Position numbers and translations under genes: made by a program. From the NCBI GenBank assembly GCA_002189035.1, contig CM007992.1, positions 2,604,001 to 2,668,000 on the forward strand: a stretch of DNA of 64,000 nucleotides, given 5' to 3'. Below are positions 54,001 through 64,000 of the stretch, piece after piece; position 1 is the stretch's first letter; each line of letters starts with the position of its first letter. Under the pieces are notes generated by a model. The model was not told the DNA's origin and searched no databases. It saw only the letters and a list, made by a program, of their open reading frames with translations. Source of the stretch: Utricularia gibba (taxonomy: Eukaryota; Plantae; Magnoliophyta).

Positions 54001-57000
54001 TTTTCTTACAAAGCATTTGCTTCAATTTTCTCAAGAGACAAAACAAATTCATTAATTTAAGAAATAGGGAGACGACATGGTCTTGAAACAAAGGAGCATC
54101 TAGACACATGAAAAAATATAACTAATCACAATAACACACTACAAGATCTTTGGTTACTAGTATGGAAGTGAAAGGGAAAAATATTAGTTTTTTGGCATAT
54201 GAGAGCACCCCAAAGAGTTCTTCTAATTTCCTTTGTGTACTTTCATTTCCACATCACGATTCTTAGTGAATTTCTTACCTTGTGTTTGAGTACTTCTGAT
54301 TTTTCATGTTTTCTAGGGTTATCAATCTTCGTCATCTACTTATTTTCCACAACTTTACTTTTGAGCTAATTAATAATATAGAATCTACACTAAAAACATG
54401 AAAAATATTCTACCATATGTAATAGATGAAATTAAGTTACACTAAAACAAATTGTTTATAAAATATGAATGTATTTTGTTGAAAGTATTATTTAATATAT
54501 AACTATTCATCATGTGTTTGATAGAAGGATTAATAATTTGATTTATATGTAATATTAATAAAATATCCATACTTAAATACTTATATTAATCATTTATTAT
54601 GTGTTCGAAAAATAAAAAAAAATAATATTTTATTTGTTATCATGAGATTAATAAACACGCATTTAATATATGAGTTTGTATTTCATTACAAATAGACACT
54701 TAGATAGAAAATTTGTTGTAATATTTAATATTATATATTATTATTTACAAAACATATATTTAAAATGTATTATTTGACATAAACCATTACAGTAACACTT
54801 GGGTTTTATGTTTTCAGCTTGACCGGATTGACCAGAGTTACTCACACTCTGAAGATTTTTGAATTGGGTAATCTTAAAATATATATTCTGACCGAGTAAT
54901 CTTAAAGTACACATTTTCCAAACTTAATCACTTATTTTCCGTTCAATTATTTCTATTCTCTCCTTGTTACATCAAACTCTCATGTTTTATTGGTTGTTGA
55001 AGTAGCTAGAGTTTTAGCAAATCAAAATTCCTAAAGCATTCCATCTCTATTCCAACCTGTTGTGCTCGCATTTTCTAGATAAATATGTTTTTGGTTTTTT
55101 TATATTTTCCTTAACTTTGTTTGATTTGTTTTTTGTTTGTATTTGAGATTTCACATTTTTTCCTTCTTTAGCTTTTCCATTGAGAGTCTTGGTCAACATT
55201 ATTCTTCAGTAATCATTGTGTTTTTTATTAACATAAAGAAGGTAGCTTTTGTGAGTTCATTTCATTTTATAAAAATTTTATAGAATTTTCGTCTATGATT
55301 TTGTGAGATTTTGCTTAATTTTGTGAGTTCATTTTTAATCAAGATATAATCTTTATAGTTTTAGAATATGATGAATTAATAGTTGCAGTTATGTTGTCGT
55401 TAGTTTTCGGAATATCAGATGAAACAAGTATAGGAAGCAATGCTTCAACTCAATAATTGCTTCCATCACGAAATATCAATAAGTTTCATGAAGGTTGAAA
55501 TTTTGTAATGATTTAACAAGTGAATGGACTTAAATGTATTTCATGAAGATGAAAATTTGTCAACATATTTTATAATTAAACTCTTAGAATGCTAGTAATT
55601 GAATTTCTTTATCATATGGGGTAGCTGAATTCAGAGAGTGTTAAAATGGGAAAAGAGTTGAATTTTAATACTATTGAATTGATATCCAAAGTTATACAAA
55701 GCATGACATTCGAGTAAGTTGATGAGCATGATTCTCAATGATAAATATCTTTATAATTGTGATTGATAATTTATTATTAGTGCGATTTATATGAAATATT
55801 TTGATTCTTTATTATTTTTATTTAAATTAAAAATCATATGGCATTTAAAAACTATTCTAATTAAACATATACTTATTGTCTCATGATTCCTTGGGCTATG
55901 TAGATTGCATTTGACCAGGTTTGATCGGATTGACCCGGACTTAGAAGATTTCTGGTCCACTAAAAAATTTCGGGTTGAAAACATATATTGGGTGCTTTCA
56001 AACAGTAGAACTTGGTGTTTTGGACATTCCGACAATAATCATTAATATTTTTATTATATCCATTATTTTTAATTTCTCATTTCTTCACTTCATGAAGTCG
56101 AAAGAGGTTACAAGTATTTGGGCCGAAAAAGAAAGGGCGATGCTGATAAATCCGACCCAATATAGGGCCCATAATATTTGTCCAAACCGAAACTCCGCGA
56201 CGAAATCACGTAGCTGACTCGTACGCTGCAATTGCATCCGGAAGGCTAAATACTGCTGAAAACTTTAAAGCAACATGATCTTGGCATCCGTGTCTACCGT
56301 AGGTTTGAAGTTTCCCTTGATCAAGATATGATGTCTCCAATTTGTTTTCATTTGCGTTTAATCAGTGCAAATTTGAATATGATCTTGCCGTCTGACGAGG
56401 ACACTTTTTATGAGCATGCGGTAATTCATGTTTTGAAAGAGATGGGTGTTGGTGACATGTGAGAATGATCCTTCTTAAAGAAGTGGAAAATGACCAAGTA
56501 GACATGATACCGTGATGGTTCTCAAGCATATAAAAAGTTTTCGTGTACCGAAATGAGTTTCAATCTTTTTATTCTGTGTCCCATTTTATTTGGTTAAGTA
56601 GGTATTTCCTTTTCTTTTTCACGTTTTAATACAGGAAAGCTTATGTGTTTTGTGTTTGTTCCACAAAGAATATGCAGGGAATTGTGCTGTTAGTTTGCTT
56701 TTGCCTTCATGTAATTTTGCTTGTTTTCCATTATGAAATAGGCTGGAATGATTTGGGATGTGATGTAAGTAACTTAGTTGAATTTCAAAGTTTGAGATGG
56801 GAAAGTGTAGGTGCATTTATCCCATTCGTAGAATATATGTTTTCTTTTTTTTTTAGCTTCCTTGCGAAACCAGCTTCACATTCACACTTTGCAGGCATGA
56901 TATTCCATTGTTTAAGAAATTCCAAGGTCCTGCAGGCCTCAAATATTCCTTTGGCGTTGTGAATATCCTCATTGCCAAAGTCATGCTGACCTCCATGTTA

Positions 57001-57034
57001 GCGTGCTAAAATTGGTGCATGCATTAGGTATAGA

Positions 57035-60000
57035 ATGAAGCGTGCTGTCTACATAAATGACGAGAGTTTGTCACAAGTTATATACTGTGACAATCGTATA
57101 TCAAACAGAAAGTACACTTGGTGGAACTTTATTCCCAAAAATCTGTGGGAACAATTCAGGTAAGTGTGCGTACATTATCAGAATTAGTTTATGTCTCTTG
57201 AAAAAAACCTTTTTAATGCAAGGGGTTTCCATGGTTTCATATTCTGAAGTTAATTCTTATACACGACAATGCAAATTGTATTTTGCGTTTGTTTGGTTTG
57301 TGCATGTAACAGTCAGTGCTCCTGTATGTTTCTTTTCAACATTAGTATTGATTATTGACATCTTCTCATTCTTTCCAGCCGTTTTATGAATCAGTACTTC
57401 CTGTTGATTGCATGCCTTCAGCTATGGTCTCTGATTACTCCTGTAAATCCAGCAAGCACGTGGGGTCCTTTATTGTTCATATTTTCCATCTCTGCTATTA
57501 AAGAGGCTTGGGATGACTACAATAGATATCTCTCAGATAAGCAAGCAAATGAGAAAGAAGTCTGGATATTGAAGCAGGGGATCAGAAAGATTGTATGTGG
57601 AGTTATGCGCTCGTTAATTGATTGTGAATTTGCAAAATAAATGTCATCCACTTGTTTGTGAATTTGCCTTCATGTTCTCTTTTGTTTTTTTTTAATGGCT
57701 TAATTTTATTTTATCATCTTTCAGACTCGAGCACAAGATATTTCTGTTGGAAACATTGTCTGGCTGCGTGAAAATGATGAGGTACCATGTGATCTTGTGT
57801 TGCTTGGTACATCGGATCCTCAGGGTGTATGCTTTGTGGAGGTATATATTCCTCCATGTTCTTCTTGTGATTTGTTTTAGGTTTCCTGTATGTGTTTCAG
57901 AACTTTTATTACATAGATAACGCTAATACATGGTTCATGTTCCTCAATGTTTTAGCCTAGACATTGTTTTTTTGGCTGTACCGTGAACATCAAACGAAGG
58001 CATATCTTTAGAATTGATTAAATTGCAATACTTGGCACCCTTTGCATTGGAGCTTGTTGAGTTCCATTTTGAATGGTCTCTGACGTTGCATTCTGCTCAA
58101 AAAATAAAATGCATTTTATTTGTTAGACTGCAGCACTTGATGGTGAAACTGACCTGAAGACTCAAATGATACCTTCTTCTTGTATGGGAGTCGATATTGA
58201 GCTACTTCCTAAGATCAAGGTGAGCGTATAAACTTGTGAATTAAATCCTAGAGTTATATATCAAATATTAACCAACCTTGACATTATCAGGGTGTAATTG
58301 AGTGCCCCACTCCAGATAAGGATATTAGAAGGTTCGATGCAAACATGCGATTGTTTCCCCCGTTCCTTGATAATGATGTATGTTCCTTGACGATAAAAAA
58401 TACACTTCTTCAGTCATGCTACTTAAGGAACACTGAATGGGCATGTGGTGTTGCTGTGTACACAGGTAAGTGTGCCATTGTCATAATTTTGTAGCACGGC
58501 ATTCATGTTCATCTTACGTTATTTTAGTTGACTTCTTTGCAAAATCAAATTTGGCATCTTTTCATTTATCGGAGTTACTCTCTCTTCATTGACTTCCCAT
58601 TTGATGCAATAATGATTATTCATTTTTTCAACAACTCAGGCGTCATTCATTGTTAAATTGCAGGAAATGAAACAAAGCTGGGTTTGAGTAGGGGTATACC
58701 TGAACAAAAACTTACAGCTGTTGATGCAATGATTGACAAGTTAACTGGAGCAATTTTTGTCTTCCAAATAGTTGTTGTTATTGTATTGGGCGTGGCTGGG
58801 AATATATGGAAGGAAACTGAAGCAAGGAAGGTGATTCTAGAATATTTCTTGGTTGCATTTTGCACTATTCTGACTTTTCCAATTGATATATTGTAGTTGT
58901 GGTATGTAAGGTATCCCAAAGAGGGTCCGTGGTATGAACTCCTTGTCATCCCTCTTCGGTTTGAACTGCTTTGCTCCATCATGATTCCTATTTCCATTAA
59001 GGTATAATTGAAATTTTCATTTTGATCAGAGCTCCATTATATGAGTTCTAGTTTTTTTATAGTAATTTGGGTGTTCATGCCTTTATGTCACAGGTATCTT
59101 TAGATCTTGTGAAAGGGTTATATGCAAAATTTATTGATTGGGATGATAAGATGGTTGACTTTGAAACGGGGACTCGCTCCCATGTCGCCAAGTAAGCAGC
59201 TTCATAAACGTTTGATGTGTTTAAATGCCCTACTTGTGTTTTCATTAGGTTTTTGTGAATTCCAGCACAAGTATCAGTGAGGACTTGGGGCAAGTCGAGT
59301 ACATAATGACTGATAAGACAGGAACCCTTACTGAAAATAAAATGGTCTTCAAAAGATGTTGTATAAATGGAAGATTTTATGTTAATGAGAATGGGGATGC
59401 CTTGGCAGGTAAAATATGATCTGCTCACGGGATATTCTCCATCACGTTTGCATGCTGTGCAAGTTCATATTCTAACATACATTTCCTGAAGTTTAATGTG
59501 CGAAATATGGATCTGACCTCATGAGTGTTCTTTTTTACAGATTCAGAACTGAAACTTGACATATCCTGCAACTCAGAACATGTGATCCAGTTTCTTAAAA
59601 TCATGGCAATATGCAATACAGTGATACCTGTCAGAAGGTAATGATTGGTTGGTTTATTATTAATTCACAAACAAGACGATGAATCTATCAGGATGGGAAT
59701 AGTTTTTAAAGTGAATGATGGCCTTTAATTCTCTGTTATGCTGTTAATATTTTTACTAGAAAAAACGGGGCTATCTTGTACAAGTCACAATCCCAAGATG
59801 AAGAAGCTCTTGTGCGTGCTGCTGCTAACCTACGTATGGTCCTTGTGAACAAGAATGGGAATATTGTAGGTGAGGTTGACTATATTTTGCACCTCTATGC
59901 ATTCTTATCTGACATTTGATGGTTATATACTGGCTATTCAGACGTCACTTTCCATGGTTCCCCAACCCAATATGAGGTTCTAGACATCCTGGAGTTCACT

Positions 60001-63000
60001 TCTGACAGGAAAAGAATGTCTGTTGTGGTTAAAGACTGCCAAAGTGGTAATATTGCCCTATTTTCCAAGGGAGCAGATGAAGCTATTTTTCCTCATGCTC
60101 GTACTGGTAAATATTCTATCTACATCACCATGCTCGATTTCGAATGTCAGACTCCGAGCATATTCTAGCTTTTACAATACCCAAACATTCTGTTTCATTA
60201 AGATTGCTTATTTGTGTGATGCCTGATGCCCTCACAGGACAACAGATTCGTAGTTATGCTGAAGCTGTGGAGTGTTATTCCCAAATTGGTCTGCGTACAT
60301 TATGCCTTGCTTGGCGTGGAATATGTGAAAGTGAATATAAGGAGTGGGCTTTGATGTTCAGGGAAGCTAATAGTACATTAGTTGATAGAGAGGTAAAATG
60401 GGAAGTTGAATTTCTCTTTATAGGATGCCGTGCTTGTAACAGTATCCAGGACCCTTGTCACGTTATGCATCATAGTTTATTGTTTTGATGCCCTAATTTT
60501 TCCACACGATTTATTTCAGTGGAGAGTGGCTGAAGTCTGCCAAAGATTAGAGCAAGATCTCGAGATCATTGGTGTAGCTGCCATAGAGGACCGTTTACAG
60601 GTCAGTCTGTTTTCCAAGACTCGTCCTGGATTTTTGTATTATTATTTTTTTATTTTTTTCCTTGATAATTTAGGATGGAGTACCTGAAACCATTGAAACT
60701 CTGAGGAAATCAGGGATAAATTTTTGGATGGTGACTGGCGACAAACAAAATACTGCAGTACAGATTGCCCTCTCCTGCAATTTGGTGTCTCCTGGTGATT
60801 CTAACATCCTTAAATCATTTGCACATAATACACAGAACCTGTAATTCTGGTTATTAAACAAACTATACTGTTGTCAGCACCTAAGGGTCAGCTCCTGTAC
60901 ATAAATGGGAAGTCAAAGGATGATGTTCATAGGAGTCTTGAGACCGTTTTGCTTACATTGAAGAGGATGGATTCTGAACATAGGGTATCATAATCTGTTT
61001 AATGAAGAGACCATGATATTTGGTATCTGAAATACATGTGCATGATTGTCGAAGTTGCAATTAATGTTACATTACCCTTTATTTCAGGATGTCTCGTTCG
61101 TCGTTGATGGCTGGGCTCTTGAAATTGCATTAAATCATTATCGTAGAGCCTTCATGGAACTTTCTCTACTGTCAAGGACAGCTATATGTTGTCGGGTGAC
61201 CCCATCACAGAAGGCACAGGTGCCATAATTCGTCCATCTCAAACTTTCTCAGTGCTCTCATCTCCTTCTCGTTTGCCGCAATCTCTCTGATCTTTTAGGT
61301 GCTGAATCTATTCTATAATTTTCCTCAGATTGTGGAACTTTTGAAATCATGTGATTATAGAACTTTGGCAATTGGAGATGGTGGTAATGATGTGAAGATG
61401 ATTCAGCAAGCAGATATAGGAGTGGGTATAAGTGGCAGAGAAGGTCTTCAGGCAGCAAGAGCAGCTGACTATAGCATTGGGAGTGAGTTTTTTTCCTTTT
61501 TTCCTGTCCAATAACATGGATTTACTGTTCGTTCCATTGTATGATGTCTAAAAATTCTTTTACACACATTTGTATTTGTTTTGCAGAATTCAGATTTTTG
61601 AAAAGATTGATACTGGTTCATGGGCGATACTCATACAACAGAACTGCATTTCTTTCACAATATTCCTTCTACAAGTCCTTGCTTCTATGCTTTATCCAGA
61701 TATTGTATGTTGAGTGTGTTTTTACTTTTTTTTTTTCTCATACTCTTCCATTTTTTTTGTTCTGTAACAGTTTTGTGCTTTTAGTTTTTCTTTTATTTCA
61801 GGCATCTCAGGAACCAGCCTGTTCAACTCAATCAGTCTAATGGCCTACAATGTATTTTACACCAGTATTCCTGTTTTGGTCAGCGTCCTAGATAAAGATC
61901 TCAGTGAAAAAACTGTTATGCAGCATCCACAAATACTGTTCTACTGCCAGGCTGGAAGGTTAAGTTTTCTGAACCTTTTCATGTTACTCCAACTTCTTGC
62001 ACTTGTTCTAGGTTTCCCCCTCCTTTCAGTATGCATTCTGATGCTTTACTTGGTTCAATAAAAATGGAACAGGCATCTAAACCCGAGCACATTTGCTGGA
62101 TGGTTTGGCCGCTCACTCTTCCATGTGAGTGATCGCTGTATTGGCCTCGATTAGCGTTTATAGGTTTTCATGTTTGAACTTTCAGAATACAGTTTGATCT
62201 GTTCGCTTCTTCAATAGAGCATTTAAGAAGTATAGACGTCAGGGTATCAGAGTTGTAACCAAAATTTTCTCAGGAGCAATTTCATTTCTTTGCCACATGA
62301 TGTAGTTTGTATGGGGTTGGGTACCATAGGAATCGATATTTTAACATTTCTATGTCAGTCATTTCCAAGCATAGTAACTGGTTTTTTTTCTCAGGCAACC
62401 GTCGTATTTTTCATCACCGTACATTCATATGCTAATGAAAATAGTGAGATGGAAGAAGTATCGGTAGTTGCACTCTCAGGATGCATCTGGCTGCAGGCAT
62501 TTGTTGTTGTGCTAGAAACCAAGTAAGTAGCTAACGCTGTGCACCTAGTAAACAATTCATGAAGTTAGCCTTTTTCCCAGTAAATAGTTCATCTTTATTA
62601 TGATCTCATCGTAACTTGCTTGCATGTCAAACTCTTCGACTTTGCATGACATCTATTTCATTCTTTGGCATTTGCAGTTCCTTCACAGTAATACAGCATT
62701 TTGCAATATGGGGCAATCTAGTTGGCTTCTACGTCATTAACTTGATCTTCAGTGCTATTCCGCACTCAGGGATGTACACAGTAATGTTTCGCCTATGGAG
62801 TGAACCATCATACTGGCTTACCATGATTGTGAGTACCCTGGTTTTCTGTTCTTGTTCCTCCTACCTGCTACCCGCATCTCAGGATCAGTTATGCATAGGA
62901 TGTTATGTGGGTTTGCTTGCGCTCATTGATTATGTTCAAACGCAAGCATGCATCTTTTGAGGAAGGAAACGTAGTTTCGATGAACTTTCCGAATCGTTTG

Positions 63001-63372
63001 CTAACTATTACATATCTGTTGCAGCTCATTGTCGCGTGCGGGATGGCACCTATATTTGCTCTCAAGTGCTTCAGATACACTTACAGGCCTAGTAAAATCA
63101 ACATTCTCCAGCAGGCTGAGCGGTCAGGCGGTCCGATAGTGTCAATAGGGAACTTGGAGCCGCAGTCGAGGTCCATGGACAAAGATCTCCCTCCTGTGTC
63201 GCCGTCACGCTCCAGAAACCAAGGCTCTGTATATGAACCTCTCTTGTTCGAAATCCCAGGCCCCATGAGGCGCACCTCTGGATCAGGATCGCCAATTGAT
63301 ATATTCCAGGCGCAGGCACAGTCACAGTCCAGACAGTCGTCTGGTTATTCTAGAAACTGTAAGAATAACTGA
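57035..63372 (+). CDS. ALA2: Phospholipid-transporting P4-ATPase, ALA2 type, 24 exons, 1109 aa
   Basis: Exons: 57035-57159, 57379-57592, 57725-57841, 58127-58219, 58291-58465, 58664-58830, 58897-59001, 59094-59191, 59266-59408, 59541-59637, 59760-59869, 59942-60106, 60238-60392, 60520-60600, 60674-60794, 60878-60984, 61088-61219, 61329-61482, 61587-61704, 61785-61958, 62073-62124, 62395-62522, 62678-62828, 63025-63372. Phases are consistent (3330 nt). Motifs include [25 protein letters not shown] and the C-terminus GYSRNCKNN. Confidence 0.95.
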
Positions 63373-63630
63373 TTCTGGAAGATGAGAAGGGCCATACGCG
63401 TAACAGGTTCTAGTTGTAATAGTATACCTCAGTAATGTAGATCGACATAACACTTTTGGTCCATCCAAACTCATACAAGGAAAGAAATGCAAACATGGGA
63501 AAGCTCATAGTACGGAACAAAAAATTGAGTACTCACGGTTTTACATTAAACGCAACTTTTATATTAGATGCAACAGACTCTGCAGTGGGGGATGGATTGA
63601 AAAGGGTCTCATTCAACCACATCATAACGG

Positions 63631-63839
63631 TTAGTCTTTGTTCAGAACTCTAGGAACCTTGATGTAAGGTTCTTCATATGTTGGCACAGCAGACAGCATG
63701 GATTCCCTAGAAAACCAAGCAGGAGTGTAAGCATGATTGGTGTAGAATTCGTTGTCCAGGAGTCGAGCAAACATTGATGTACTATACCGGTTACTAAATA
63801 CTTCAGCTTCATCGATTCGTAGGTTGTCGCCTGCAGTAC
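63631..63839 (-). CDS. GATC: Glutamyl-tRNA(Gln) amidotransferase subunit C (organellar), last two exons; gene starts beyond the right edge
   Basis: Exons 63839-63788 and 63706-63631 splice in phase to ..GTAGDNLRIDEAEVFSNRESMLSAVPTYEEPYIKVPRVLNKD*, the GatC C-terminal pattern. Confidence 0.85.
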
Positions 63840-64000
63840 CTGCATAAGCCAAACACACTCAGTTAATTTGGTGGTAATCTCCAACAAAGACCTGCGTTCA
63901 CTACCACAGCCAACTTTAGGATTTCCCACTACATGATATGGGAACTCACACAATGAAACAAATTCTAAACTTCGAGAGTAGGGAAAGGAACTGCTTCAAT

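Noticed and set aside
54815-55950. Two similar ~40-bp segments (TTGACCGGATTGACC.. at about 54819 and TTGATCGGATTGACCC.. at about 55920) considered as element termini
   Set aside because: They are direct rather than inverted, short and diverged, and no TSD was found. Probably MITE debris.

Overview
AT-rich plant (angiosperm) nuclear DNA with spliceosomal introns. Nine host genes could be read. These are the 5' part of a BEL1-like/ATH1-type homeobox gene running off the left edge (-), an intronless DUF4408/DUF761 gene (+), a 17-exon tubulin-folding cofactor D gene (+), an intronless cytochrome-b5-fused sphingolipid/acyl-lipid desaturase (-), an intronless SWIM+RING gene (-), a 10-exon cereblon homologue (-) head-to-head with a 12-exon chloroplast YbeY-HAD gene (+), a 24-exon ALA2-type P4-ATPase (+), and the last two exons of GatC (-). 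Exon chains were traced by hand using GT/AG junctions and codon phase. Intergenic space is filled with decayed Ty3/Athila, Ty1/Copia, MULE, hAT, LINE and Harbinger remnants. One bounded 8.1-kb Athila element (31736-39824) has both LTRs, a TTAAA target-site duplication, a tRNA-Asp PBS and a PPT. I found no clearly new biological system. The most unusual observations are: two Athila derivatives that each lack the integrase core at different breakpoints; a palindrome (CTTGCGCAAG) repeated across one of them, including inside its ORFs; a templated filler insertion in one LTR; single-base homopolymer frameshifts in both cereblon and YbeY (assembly error is likely); and two minimal uORFs abutting the ATH1-like start codon. 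All similarity calls come from recalled family motifs, not from database searches.
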